This document shows, piece by piece, positions 38,500-48,632 of a stretch of 64,000 nucleotides of DNA (position 1 is its first letter; each line of letters opens with the position of its first letter). This DNA is from a virus: the IMG/VR virus record IMGVR_UViG_3300010002_000004; one strand, given 5' to 3'. Below the pieces are notes generated by a model that saw only the letters and a list, made by a program, of their open reading frames with translations, was not told the DNA's origin and searched no databases. A program made the translations under genes and the position numbers.

Positions 38500-38512
38500 T
38501 TTACATTTTGAT

Positions 38513-38541
38513 TTGACTTTAATATGCAATACTGTTATGCT
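38513..38541 (+). promoter_or_regulatory. sigmaA-like promoter of the HNH gene
   Basis: TTGACT-N17-TATGCT. Confidence 0.65.
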
Positions 38542-38565
38542 CTTCTTATAAAAGGAGGAGATAAT

Positions 38566-39234
38566 ATGCTTTACTGCCCTGTTTGTGAATTTGAATCAGA
38601 AAAAAGAGCTTCAATGTCCGCTCACTTCCGGAAGCATCCTTTACTGGATACCACTACTTATTGGAAGAGAAACACAGAAAGACAAAAGTGCGCTTGCGGA
38701 TGTGGCGAGTACACATTGATTCACCGAGGAAAGCCCAACAAGTTTGTCTTAGGACATAACTTCAAGGGGGACGTTAACCCTAACATTGGGAAGAAGTATT
38801 CCGAGGAGCGCATTGAGAAAATCCGGAAATCCCAAATCGGCAAGAAAGTTTCCAAGAGCACTCGAAAGAAGCTCAGTGAAGCCCAAGACAGAATATGGAC
38901 TGAAAAACGGAAACAAGATGCCCGGGAAAGAGTTACAGGGGAAAAACACCCTAACTGGAAAGGCGGGAGGACGAAGGAGCTAAAAAGTCGTCGGACAAAC
39001 GCTCCTGCGAAAACCGTCCTTGCTGTTAGAGAACGTGACGGGAACGAGTGTCAGATGTGCGGGATGACGAAAGAGGAGAATGGACGTAACATGGATGTCC
39101 ACCATATCGAACCTTTCTTAGATTCCCGCAACAATGACATGAGTAACCTCATCTCCCTATGTCGCTCTTGCCACATCACGGCAGACCGAAACAACTATAC
39201 TCTCAAGGAAATCCGGGAGTATATAAACCTATAA
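38566..39234 (+). CDS. free-standing HNH homing endonuclease with Zn-finger and NUMOD3-like repeats
   Basis: CACGCG, S.E...KI, HPNWKGG, RDG..CQMCG, VHHI...N..SNL..LCRSCH. Confidence 0.9.
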   Translation: MLYCPVCEFESEKRASMSAHFRKHPLLDTTTYWKRNTERQKCACGCGEYTLIHRGKPNKFVLGHNFKGDVNPNIGKKYSEERIEKIRKSQIGKKVSKSTRKKLSEAQDRIWTEKRKQDARERVTGEKHPNWKGGRTKELKSRRTNAPAKTVLAVRERDGNECQMCGMTKEENGRNMDVHHIEPFLDSRNNDMSNLISLCRSCHITADRNNYTLKEIREYINL

Positions 39235-39252
39235 CATAGGAGGAAATTAAAC

Positions 39253-42200
39253 ATGGCAGTAGATTTCACGAAACCAGATGGATTCGACCCTGCGAAGGGA
39301 TACAAACGTATCAAGTTCGGGGAAGACGGGGGAATCACGGAATCGGAATTAGCCGAGCTCCAGAAGATTCAAGACCAACGTCTCCGGGATACGATGGAAG
39401 CGTTCATCGGACGTGTTACTGCGCTACTCTCCGGAACCATTACTTTTAATGGCTCTACTTTGACTGCAACTTCCCTCGTCGGATACCTCGACGGGGAGTT
39501 GTTTCAATATAGCGGGAATATCGCTTTAGTCAACAACGACCGAGTATACGTGGAAATCTTGGAATCAGAGATTACATACGCACAAGACCCGTCTCTCCTG
39601 GATTCCCGGATGACGGAGGAAACGACTCGCCGGATTAAGAATACATATTCCCTCAAGAAGACGAACACGGGAGCCGGGAAGTATTTCGAATTAGGACAAA
39701 TCGTATCGGGAATTTTCGTCGAAACGGCGGGAAGAATTACTCCCTATGCAGACCTGGGGACGGATGACATCAACGTCATCGCATCGAAACCTTCTGCTAC
39801 CCTACTTAGTGCTTACCCGTATGGCGTGACTGTCTTCAAATACTTGACCGGGGATGCAGGATACCCTGTCACGAACTCGACGATTATGACGTTCAACAAC
39901 GCTCAAGCGACAGACGGATTCCAGGTTCTTTACGGATATGTCTCAGGAAAGCCTGTCCAATACGTCCGTTACTTCACGGGAACTGTATGGGGAGCATGGG
40001 AGAAGTTCGCTACTACGGCAGACCTTACAGCCCACGCCAATGATGCCGTCGCCCACATCACCGCCACCGAGCGGACGAAGTGGAATGATGGACAGCTCCA
40101 AAAATTGACGGAGCTTGGGGGATATTCCCTCTCAGCGAACAATATGGACTTGAACAACCTAAAGACAACCGGATTCTACTACGGCTCATCTCTTGTGAAC
40201 GCACCTGGGGGAACTTCCGGATGGATTCTAGTACATGCCGTCAGTCAGAGCTATCTCGTACAAGAGTTCACTGTCAACACCAACACCGCTATCGGAGTTC
40301 GTCGTTTTTGGCGAGTATTCTTTAACGGGACGTGGTTGAGTTGGAACGAGTACGCTCTCAACTCTATCGCTACTCAGTCGTCTAATGGACTGATGAGTTC
40401 CCTCGACAAGATTGCTCTTGATGGCGCTCAGAAATTCCGACTGACGAAGGACAACGGGGAAATTCAGTACCCTGCGAACAACGTTGACTTCAATACTATC
40501 AACACCACTGGGTATTATGCTTACATTGGAACGAACGGACATACGGGAGCTCCTAACGCATGGGGATACTGGTTTGTTCACGTTGTCCAGTATGACGCCA
40601 ACACCGGATTCCAACGATGGGAAAGAACGGACACAGGGGACACACACTATCGTCTCCGAAGAAATGGTGTCTGGGGAGATTTCCGGAAGTTCGTCAACAG
40701 CTTGGAAATCGGTAACATCGTTAGTGGGGGAGATTTCACAGACTCATTCAAAACAAATCTAGTAGGAAAAGTTCCGGGGAGCAATGTAGTAAACTCTAAC
40801 ATTGCTAAAAGAAGTCCCGGAGGAGCTCTGAACCCCTCGGACTCTAACTGGATTGAAGCCGTCGCCACGGGAGGAACTGGTTATGAAAGATTGCAGTCCG
40901 TAGACGGAATAAGTTTTACGCAAGGAGCGTCCGTTGCGGGACAAGTCGCTTCTCACCTGTTCTCCTTTAACTTGATAGATAACTTCCAAAGAATTTACGG
41001 GAATATCCCTGGAGTCACTACTGCCGACAAAATTCTATGGTTACGGAACAATATTTCTCGGATTACATTCGAGTGGACTGGATTCTCCACAAGTCCTACG
41101 GGAAACAAATCCTCAATTGCTAGATACGACCTGGCTGGATTCGTTACTCCAGTAACAAGCACATCAACTTCCCCTGCGAAAGTTATCTATTCTGTTACGC
41201 TTGACGGTAATCCCAACAGAGTCAGTGATTTCATTCGGGGAACTAATGACGGAATGGTTCACTTTGTAGCTTACGCAGAACAATCAGACGGAACAGTTTC
41301 CAGTGTAATAAACACAGATTTTGTGGAATTGACTATCGAGCTGAGTACTGGAATTTTAGATGGGTTGTTAGATGCTACCCCTACCGTTCGGGGAATCATG
41401 TCCGCAACGGACAAAGCGAAACTTGACGGAGTGGCAAACAACGCTAACAACTACTCTCACCCGAGTACACACCCCGCTACTATGATTGTAGAGGATTCCG
41501 GTCATCGTTTTATCACAGATGCGGAACGGACAACATGGAACGGGAAAGCGAACAATGTTGTGGCAACTCAATCCCTCAATGGATTAATGAGTGCGACGGA
41601 TAAGACGAAAATGGACGGGATTCAAGCGGGAGCAAAAGTTAACCAGAACGCTTTCTCTTATATGTCCGCAGGGGGAGTAACGATTCAAGCGGATAATGAA
41701 ATTGACACTGTCGCTTTCTTAGCGGGAACGAATATTGCTCTTGCAGGGGATTCTACAAACGACACCATCACTATCTCCGTCACGGGGACAGTGGCAAGTG
41801 CGGCAGTCGCTCCTTGGGGAGGAATCACAGGTAAACCTACGAAAGTAGAGGATTTCGGAATCACGGACGTAACTCTCCGATACGCTTCCGCTATTCAAGG
41901 TCAAAACTGGTCTCGTATCCTGGAGATGAACGATGCTTCCGTTTTCGGACACAACTATCTCGTGACTGTCAAAGGGACTCGGAACTCTGTTGTTTACAAG
42001 GCGACATTACTTGTCACAACCGGACATTCTTCTACTTGTCAAATTACTCAACTGGGGAATATCAACTATTCTGATGTTCAATTCCGGGGAGTAGTGGACG
42101 CCAATGGGAATGGCTATCTGGAGATGTTAGACAACTTGAGTGGGATTGTTGCAGGAACTTCTCAAGCAGTCAGTGTTGAAGTTATTAAAATACAGGACAC

Positions 42201-44997
42201 TAACCTTGTCCCTATTCGGACGTATCAATCGGGAGTTACTATTCCCGTTAACTACAACGAAAGAGGGTTAATGACCACTGTCAAGAACAAGAGTTTTGTC
42301 GGGGATTTAGTGGGGGATGTAACAGGGAACGCAACAGGAAACTCCGGTTCTGCTACTAAGCTCCAAACCGCTCGCTCGATTGCACTTTCGGGAGATGCAA
42401 CAGGTTCTATCACTTTCGACGGAACGGGGAACGTAACAATCCCAGTAGTCGTTCAAGATGATTCCCACAATCACGTCATTTCTAACGTGGACGGATTACA
42501 GACTGCTCTCAACGCCAAAGATTCCATTACGAGCGTAGATGGGAAAGTAGCACAAGCGAGAACGGACTTGGAAGGTTACGTTGAGGGATACACGAAAGTC
42601 GCTTTCAAGGATACCCGAGATGTGAACAGTCCCCCTTCTTTCTACACCGGAGCGGAAGGACGAAAAACGCACTTTGAATTCAAGGATAAAACAGTCATTG
42701 GATTAGGAGTTGCGGCGGGAGCATGGATTAGCTTGATTACACATTCTCGTTGGTCTGAGTCAAGTGGAGGGAATCCTTCACAGACAGCTATTGACGACAT
42801 CGGGGAAATGTACATGCGAGTTCGTATCAACGACACGACATGGTCTAACTGGAGAAAGTTCGCTTTCGATGAGACTGCTACGACGAGTACAAAAGGTCTT
42901 ATGTCCAACACGGACAAGTCGAAACTGGATGGAATTGCGACCGGAGCTAACAACTACGTTCACCCTTCTACTCACCCGGCTTCTATGATTGTTCAAGACG
43001 TGAACAACCGATTCGTGACGGATGCGGAGAAAGCAACCTGGAACGCAAAAGAGGACGCACCTCAAGTGAAGTCCTTTACTACCCCTGCGACTGCGGGATG
43101 GTATCGGATTGCGACGACGGGAATCAACATCAACCGGAACGCAGGGCGTTTTGAACTGGATTGGGGAACAGCAGGTTCACACGGACAGATTAACTTTACT
43201 GCGGGAATCATGTTCGGAATTGACCCTACTATCACTCAGACGATGTACTCGAACTACAACGCTTCCACTGGAATTAAGAGAGCTCGTATCGTTTACCACG
43301 CTGTTTACGCTAATAACTATGCTTACCTTGAAGTGTATAACGAAACGGCACTTTCACTAACCTTCACGACGAAACTATACAGCGCATTAGGATGGACACT
43401 GATTAACCCGGTTGCAGGAGCAATTCCTTCCGGATATTCTGTTCTCGAACTTCCTTTCGCAGATGGTATCGTGACGGATTCTCAGTTAGTTTCCCGATTA
43501 GCAACCGGAACCGCACCTTTACAAGTTTCCTCTACAACCGTCGTTCCGAACTTGAACGCAGATTTGTTAGATGGGGCTCATGCGGGAACGGGAGCGAACA
43601 ACGTCCTCAAGCTCGACGGAAGCGGGAAAGCAAGTCCGAACATTATTACTCAAGATGCAAACAACCGTTTTTCGACGGATGCGGAGAAAGCGTCATGGAC
43701 TGCAAAAGAAACCCCTGCCGGAGCTCAAGCAAAAGCAGACAACGCACAGAATGTCGCTATCGGATTCGTGAAAGGGTACGGATTAGGAGCGGAAGCAACT
43801 GCTTTCCCTACTAGCGATTGGAATAACATCACAGCGAAAACTGGATTCTACAACGGAGCGAGTATGGCGAACTCTCCAAAAGGGAACACAGGATGGCATT
43901 ACGTTATCCATATCCGCCACGCTAACGAGACCGGATACATCTCCCAAATTGCGATTCCTTTTGAATCCAACGGACAGATGTTCTTCCGAGCTTGTAATGG
44001 AGGGGTATGGAGTGCGTGGACGCAAAATGCAATCCTCGATTCTAACGGGAAAGTTGCCATCGGAAACCTGGCTCTTGATTCTTCTAACCGACTCGTGACC
44101 GACACAGAGAAAAACACCTGGAATGGGAAAGCGAGCACAGCAATCGCCACGACCTCCGCTAATGGATTGATGAGTTCTGCGGACAAGACGAAGTTAGATG
44201 GCGTAGCGACGGGAGCGAATAACTACGTCCACCCTGCCGACCATCCTGCTTCCATGATTGTTCAATCTCAATCTTACCGATTCGTTTCGGACATTGAGAA
44301 ATCGACGTGGAATGGGAAAGCGAATAATACCCTTGCTTCTACCTTTGCAGATGGATTGATGTCTAAGACGCAAGTCACGGACTTGATGGCATCTCAGAAG
44401 TATAAGTTAATGGAGGATACGGGAACCCGCTTCCAATACAACGACTTGAACTTTGCGAACTTTGAGGGGTTATTCTACGCTCCGACCGGGACAGCCAACA
44501 GCGCCGTCTCGTATGGAGCATGGGTGGACGTTAAAGTTAGTCCTGGAGGGGTGTTTATCTTGCAAACCCTCTACGCCAATGGCGCTAACAAGCGTCAGTA
44601 CGTTCGACGTTCTTCCAACTCCGGAGGAGCCTGGGACGCTTGGGCAGAAGTTGCGACTGCGGAGTTAGAGTGGATTACTGCTACTCTCCAGGCGGGACAT
44701 ACGTCGCTTGCTTCCCGTCCTGTCAAATATGCTCGTGACGGGAATCTCCTCTATATCCGAGGAGGGATTGCGAAGGACGGAGTCGGAAGTTTGGGGACGG
44801 AAGCGAACCCTATCTTTACACTCCCTGCCGGATTCCGACCGAAGACGACTTACTTTGCTAGTCCTGCGATGATTGGGACAGGAGCGACGTCAAACTATAA
44901 CAACCGTTTTGAAGTCCAGACGAACGGAACCGTCAACATGGCGTTCACATGGCAATGTGCCAACTACGGAATCGACACCATCATTCCGTTAGACTAA
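39253..44997 (+). CDS. long modular tail fibre / receptor-binding protein
   Basis: 1914 aa; repeated GLMS..DK.KLDG...ANNY.HP.THP linkers and several knob-like D.N....TG.Y...W..W domains. Confidence 0.88.
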   Translation: MAVDFTKPDGFDPAKGYKRIKFGEDGGITESELAELQKIQDQRLRDTMEAFIGRVTALLSGTITFNGSTLTATSLVGYLDGELFQYSGNIALVNNDRVYVEILESEITYAQDPSLLDSRMTEETTRRIKNTYSLKKTNTGAGKYFELGQIVSGIFVETAGRITPYADLGTDDINVIASKPSATLLSAYPYGVTVFKYLTGDAGYPVTNSTIMTFNNAQATDGFQVLYGYVSGKPVQYVRYFTGTVWGAWEKFATTADLTAHANDAVAHITATERTKWNDGQLQKLTELGGYSLSANNMDLNNLKTTGFYYGSSLVNAPGGTSGWILVHAVSQSYLVQEFTVNTNTAIGVRRFWRVFFNGTWLSWNEYALNSIATQSSNGLMSSLDKIALDGAQKFRLTKDNGEIQYPANNVDFNTINTTGYYAYIGTNGHTGAPNAWGYWFVHVVQYDANTGFQRWERTDTGDTHYRLRRNGVWGDFRKFVNSLEIGNIVSGGDFTDSFKTNLVGKVPGSNVVNSNIAKRSPGGALNPSDSNWIEAVATGGTGYERLQSVDGISFTQGASVAGQVASHLFSFNLIDNFQRIYGNIPGVTTADKILWLRNNISRITFEWTGFSTSPTGNKSSIARYDLAGFVTPVTSTSTSPAKVIYSVTLDGNPNRVSDFIRGTNDGMVHFVAYAEQSDGTVSSVINTDFVELTIELSTGILDGLLDATPTVRGIMSATDKAKLDGVANNANNYSHPSTHPATMIVEDSGHRFITDAERTTWNGKANNVVATQSLNGLMSATDKTKMDGIQAGAKVNQNAFSYMSAGGVTIQADNEIDTVAFLAGTNIALAGDSTNDTITISVTGTVASAAVAPWGGITGKPTKVEDFGITDVTLRYASAIQGQNWSRILEMNDASVFGHNYLVTVKGTRNSVVYKATLLVTTGHSSTCQITQLGNINYSDVQFRGVVDANGNGYLEMLDNLSGIVAGTSQAVSVEVIKIQDTNLVPIRTYQSGVTIPVNYNERGLMTTVKNKSFVGDLVGDVTGNATGNSGSATKLQTARSIALSGDATGSITFDGTGNVTIPVVVQDDSHNHVISNVDGLQTALNAKDSITSVDGKVAQARTDLEGYVEGYTKVAFKDTRDVNSPPSFYTGAEGRKTHFEFKDKTVIGLGVAAGAWISLITHSRWSESSGGNPSQTAIDDIGEMYMRVRINDTTWSNWRKFAFDETATTSTKGLMSNTDKSKLDGIATGANNYVHPSTHPASMIVQDVNNRFVTDAEKATWNAKEDAPQVKSFTTPATAGWYRIATTGININRNAGRFELDWGTAGSHGQINFTAGIMFGIDPTITQTMYSNYNASTGIKRARIVYHAVYANNYAYLEVYNETALSLTFTTKLYSALGWTLINPVAGAIPSGYSVLELPFADGIVTDSQLVSRLATGTAPLQVSSTTVVPNLNADLLDGAHAGTGANNVLKLDGSGKASPNIITQDANNRFSTDAEKASWTAKETPAGAQAKADNAQNVAIGFVKGYGLGAEATAFPTSDWNNITAKTGFYNGASMANSPKGNTGWHYVIHIRHANETGYISQIAIPFESNGQMFFRACNGGVWSAWTQNAILDSNGKVAIGNLALDSSNRLVTDTEKNTWNGKASTAIATTSANGLMSSADKTKLDGVATGANNYVHPADHPASMIVQSQSYRFVSDIEKSTWNGKANNTLASTFADGLMSKTQVTDLMASQKYKLMEDTGTRFQYNDLNFANFEGLFYAPTGTANSAVSYGAWVDVKVSPGGVFILQTLYANGANKRQYVRRSSNSGGAWDAWAEVATAELEWITATLQAGHTSLASRPVKYARDGNLLYIRGGIAKDGVGSLGTEANPIFTLPAGFRPKTTYFASPAMIGTGATSNYNNRFEVQTNGTVNMAFTWQCANYGIDTIIPLD

Positions 44998-45010
44998 GGA
45001 GGATGTTTGA

Positions 45011-45292
45011 ATGAGACAAGTTTATCAGATTGACAAGATAGGGAATTACGTCGAACCTGTCATTCTATCGGACACGGAGGAGCTCCCGGAGGATTGTGTG
45101 GAGCTCTCCCCTCCAGACGGGATGTATAAGGCGAGGTATAACCGAAAGAAGAAGGAATGGACGGATGCCGGTAAGCCGGAGGAAGCCCGCCGTGTCAAAC
45201 TGCCAGAAAAGATGCGGGACTCGATTGAAACGAATCTCCTCCTGGAGGAACTCCTTTCACGAGTCGAAGCACTGGAGCAACAGAAGAAATAA
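45011..45292 (+). CDS. tail fibre assembly chaperone
   Basis: VYQID..G.Y, PPDG.YKA....W; follows the fibre gene. Confidence 0.65.
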   Translation: MRQVYQIDKIGNYVEPVILSDTEELPEDCVELSPPDGMYKARYNRKKKEWTDAGKPEEARRVKLPEKMRDSIETNLLLEELLSRVEALEQQKK

Positions 45293-45423
45293 GCGGGAGG
45301 GACACTTGTCCCTCTCTTTTTATGGAAAAGTGGATTACCCCGGTATTCGAACGGGGATGTTATGTTATATACTTAGATAAAGGGATTTTATACGCCCTAA
45401 ATACATATAGAGGAGAGATACAT

Positions 45424-46302
45424 ATGCCATACACAATCGTATTGGACGATGGTCACGGAATGGAGACGTCTGGGAAGCGGACACCCGCCATCCCGTCACT
45501 TGGGGGACGTGTCATCCGGGAGAACGAATTTAACCGAGCTGTCACGACTGCCATCGGAACCATCTTGAAACGTTGCGGATTCAAAGTCGTTTATTCGGCT
45601 CCTGGAGATACAGATGTTTCGTTAGTCGCACGGACGAACCTCGTCAAGCAAGTCGGAGCTCATGCCGTCATCTCGAACCACTATGACGCCCTTGATGGAA
45701 AATTCGATGGGGATGCGAAAGACCCGAAAGGTCATACCATCTTCTATCACCCGTTGGCTCCTGTTGCGGATAAAGATTTCGCTAACGCTATCCTCCGGGA
45801 AATGAAGAACACCCCAGGACAACAATCACGGGGAATCAAACCAGGCGACTTACATATGACTCGGGAAGTTCCTGCATCGACTGTCGCTGTTCTCATCGAG
45901 CATGGCTTCATGGATAACGAGAAGGAAGCTGTCCAGATGATTGACAAGGATTATATCAACATGCGAGCGGAGCAAGTCGCAAAAGGCGTTTGTAACTACT
46001 TCAAGATGAAGTATGTACCGAAAGCCGTTGTCGTGCCTAAGCCGTCGAAACCCTCGACGAAGCCGCCCGTCAAAATCACGAAAAAGAAATATGCGAAAAT
46101 CCTCGTCGATAAGCTCAACCTTCACACGAAGAAAGATTTGACTGCGAGCACGGAAGACGGATTCGTCCGAAAAGGCGAAGTGTTCACCGTTTCTAGTGTG
46201 GAGACGATTGTCGATGGAGGTAAGAAATACCCTATTATCAAATTGAAGTCGGGAATGTGGATTTCGGGGAACAGCAAGCACGTCGAAGTGTACGAGAAGT
46301 AA
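45424..46302 (+). CDS. endolysin, N-acetylmuramoyl-L-alanine amidase (Amidase_3) with SH3-like C-domain
   Basis: LDDGHG, E...N, SNHYDA, AVLIEHGFMDN. Confidence 0.92.
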   Translation: MPYTIVLDDGHGMETSGKRTPAIPSLGGRVIRENEFNRAVTTAIGTILKRCGFKVVYSAPGDTDVSLVARTNLVKQVGAHAVISNHYDALDGKFDGDAKDPKGHTIFYHPLAPVADKDFANAILREMKNTPGQQSRGIKPGDLHMTREVPASTVAVLIEHGFMDNEKEAVQMIDKDYINMRAEQVAKGVCNYFKMKYVPKAVVVPKPSKPSTKPPVKITKKKYAKILVDKLNLHTKKDLTASTEDGFVRKGEVFTVSSVETIVDGGKKYPIIKLKSGMWISGNSKHVEVYEK

Positions 46303-46335
46303 TTCCCCCTATCAATGGGAAAGGAGGGATAGGTT

Positions 46336-46650
46336 ATGACAGTCGATGTTCTCCTAGAAGTGGCACAGAAGCAGGGAATGTTTGTCGCCCTCGTTCTGTT
46401 CGTTATCTGGGAAGCGAGGAAGCGGGAAGAAAAGTTTGCCTTGCGGGAAGAGAACTATATCAACGAGACCAAGGAACGGGAAGCAAAATACGTTGAGCAG
46501 ATTGACAAGTACCAAGACCTCGTTCAGAGCCTTGCAGGTTCTCTTGCGGAGTTCACGGACATGCGGGAGGATATTGAGTTGCTTAAAAATCAGATTGTCA
46601 TTTCCAATGCTATCGCTCAACATAAATTTTCCGGGAGAGGAGATTCCTAA
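46336..46650 (+). CDS. holin-like protein (BhlA/UviB-like)
   Basis: QG.F.AL single TM segment, then REEK coiled coil. Confidence 0.7.
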   Translation: MTVDVLLEVAQKQGMFVALVLFVIWEARKREEKFALREENYINETKEREAKYVEQIDKYQDLVQSLAGSLAEFTDMREDIELLKNQIVISNAIAQHKFSGRGDS

Positions 46651-46884
46651 ATGAAGAACCGGGTTCCAGATTGGATGCTAGAGAAAAAGAACTTCATTAC
46701 GATTCTCGCAAGTTTGGCGACACTCATTCAATCCGTTCTGATGATTTTCAATATCGAACTGGACACGAAGACGAACGCTGAAATCGTCATTGCGGGAACG
46801 GCATTTGTCGCTTTCCTCGTTAGTATCCGAGTCGTCAAGACAAGCACCAAGCGTAAGAAGAAAGTCGAAGAGCTCGAACAGTGA
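46651..46884 (+). CDS. putative holin
   Basis: Two TM segments and a basic C-terminus. Confidence 0.7.
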   Translation: MKNRVPDWMLEKKNFITILASLATLIQSVLMIFNIELDTKTNAEIVIAGTAFVAFLVSIRVVKTSTKRKKKVEELEQ

Positions 46885-46914
46885 GACCGTCCGCTTCCTC
46901 CGGGGAGCGGATTT

Positions 46915-46943
46915 TTGCCTTACCTTATAAAAGATGCTATAAT
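46915..46943 (+). promoter_or_regulatory. sigmaA-like promoter
   Basis: TTGCCT-N17-TATAAT with TG. Confidence 0.7.
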
Positions 46944-46969
46944 CGAGTCAGAAGAGAGGAGGAGAGGAA

Positions 46970-48454
46970 ATGCCTAAAGTCGTCCTGGAAGGTCAGAAAA
47001 AAGTTCGGGGAATCACGTCACATCAATTCGAGAGAATCGTCGAGGACTTGACGGTGAAGAATCCGGAATACTTATCCGCTATGAAGCACTCGAACCGCCC
47101 TATCTACCATATACCCGAGTTCGTCGAGTTTTTCGATGTCGAGGAGGATTACTTAGTCGTCCCCCGGGGATACCCGCTCCCGTTCGAATATAACGACACG
47201 TTGGATAAGCGGCTCATCAACCGGAGGATTCAGTACCCGCCCCTCCAGATTAAACTGCGGGACGTACAGCAGGAAGCCGTCGATGCCTATTCTCGCTCAC
47301 TGACTGCCCGTGACGAGTCCGGAATCATCGTCCTGCCTACCGGAACCGGAAAATCCATTACTGGGCTTTATATCGCACGTCAGATGCAACAACGAGCCTT
47401 AATCGTCGTCCAGAAGGAAGATTTAATCGACGGATGGATGAAAGATGCGAAAGTCGTGTTCGGTATGAAGCCGTGGGAAGTGGGAATCGTCCGGGGACAG
47501 AAGTTCCATCTAGGGAGACACGTCACCATCACGACCATCCAGACCCTTTCCGTCCTTCCCGAGGAGAAGCTCGAACAGATGCAGAAGTATTTCGGCATGA
47601 TTATCCAGGATGAGATGCACCGTTCCGTCGCTAACTCGTACCAGGTACTCAATTCCTTCCCCGCTCGATTCAAGATAGGACTCACCGCCACCCTCATGCG
47701 GAACGATGGGATGGAGAAAGTGTTCGAGTTCATGTTCGGGAAGGTCTGTTTCCGCTACGAGGACGAGGGAGGGGACGACAACATCCTTCCTGTATCCGTC
47801 CGTGTGAAGATGGCTCCGACCGAGTGGAGCCCGAGCCGGGGGAAAGTATTGATTTCCGACATCCGGAACGCTATCAAGGAATGTACCGACTTCAATCGAA
47901 TGTTGGCACGGGATGTCGCAAGGGAAGCGAACGAGGGGAAATCCTGTATCGTGTTCACCCACCTAAAGGAACATTGCGAAATCATCTACGAGAATCTGTT
48001 AGATGTCGGTATTCCCCGGAACCGGATTCAGCTCTACAATGGGGACAGCAAGATTCCCAAGGACGTGATGAAGAAACGGGCGGAGACAAAGGAAGTCCTC
48101 GTTACTATCGCCACGTATGCCATCGCTACCGAGGGGACGAACGTCAAGGCGTGGGAGAGGGGATTCCTCGCTTCCACCATCGCCAACGAGAAGGACACGA
48201 TACAAGCCATCGGACGTTGTCGCAGAAGAACTCCTGGGAAAATGGATTGTCTGATTTACGACTACCAGTTCCCCGGGATTCCATCCATCTACAAGCATGG
48301 CGTCACAAGGAAAAAAGTGTATGCTAAATATAAATTTACCGTGCTCCAGGGACGGGAACGGGGAATCGGGGAAGCTATCCAACGGCGGGAATCTTACCGA
48401 CCTAAAAACCCCGTTCCCCCTACGATTAGACGTCGGAGGGAAAGAATTCGATAA
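46970..48454 (+). CDS. superfamily 2 DNA helicase
   Basis: LRDVQ, PTGTGKS, DEMH, TAT, QAIGRCRR. Confidence 0.92.
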   Translation: MPKVVLEGQKKVRGITSHQFERIVEDLTVKNPEYLSAMKHSNRPIYHIPEFVEFFDVEEDYLVVPRGYPLPFEYNDTLDKRLINRRIQYPPLQIKLRDVQQEAVDAYSRSLTARDESGIIVLPTGTGKSITGLYIARQMQQRALIVVQKEDLIDGWMKDAKVVFGMKPWEVGIVRGQKFHLGRHVTITTIQTLSVLPEEKLEQMQKYFGMIIQDEMHRSVANSYQVLNSFPARFKIGLTATLMRNDGMEKVFEFMFGKVCFRYEDEGGDDNILPVSVRVKMAPTEWSPSRGKVLISDIRNAIKECTDFNRMLARDVAREANEGKSCIVFTHLKEHCEIIYENLLDVGIPRNRIQLYNGDSKIPKDVMKKRAETKEVLVTIATYAIATEGTNVKAWERGFLASTIANEKDTIQAIGRCRRRTPGKMDCLIYDYQFPGIPSIYKHGVTRKKVYAKYKFTVLQGRERGIGEAIQRRESYRPKNPVPPTIRRRRERIR

Positions 48455-48469
48455 ACTAGGTCTCGCGCA

Positions 48470-48560
48470 CGGTATATATATAAAGAACTTAAAAGAACTT
48501 AAAATCTTTTTAATAACTAAAGGTCTTAAAATCTTTAAAATCTTTAAGTTCTTTAAAACA
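48470..48560. repeat. AT-rich short-repeat tract, candidate replication origin
   Basis: About eight TAAAA(G/T)..CT-like units; perfect inverted pair TAAAGAACTTA (48481) / TAAGTTCTTTA (48545). Confidence 0.55.
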
Positions 48561-48569
48561 ATGGGGAAG

Positions 48570-48598
48570 TTGACTTTTAACACATATCGTGATACATT
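48570..48598 (+). promoter_or_regulatory. sigmaA-like promoter
   Basis: TTGACT-N17-TACATT. Confidence 0.7.
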
Positions 48599-48632
48599 AG
48601 CCTTACAAAAGCGAAACAGGGGGAAACAAGCG

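Noticed and set aside
39253..44997. Diversity-generating retroelement or invertible fibre cassette
   Set aside because: No reverse transcriptase or invertase and no template-repeat pair; the repeats are protein-level linkers.
48297..48632. N-terminal extension of ORF 48297-49247
   Set aside because: It runs through the AT-rich repeat tract and promoter; the real start is likely ATG 48633.
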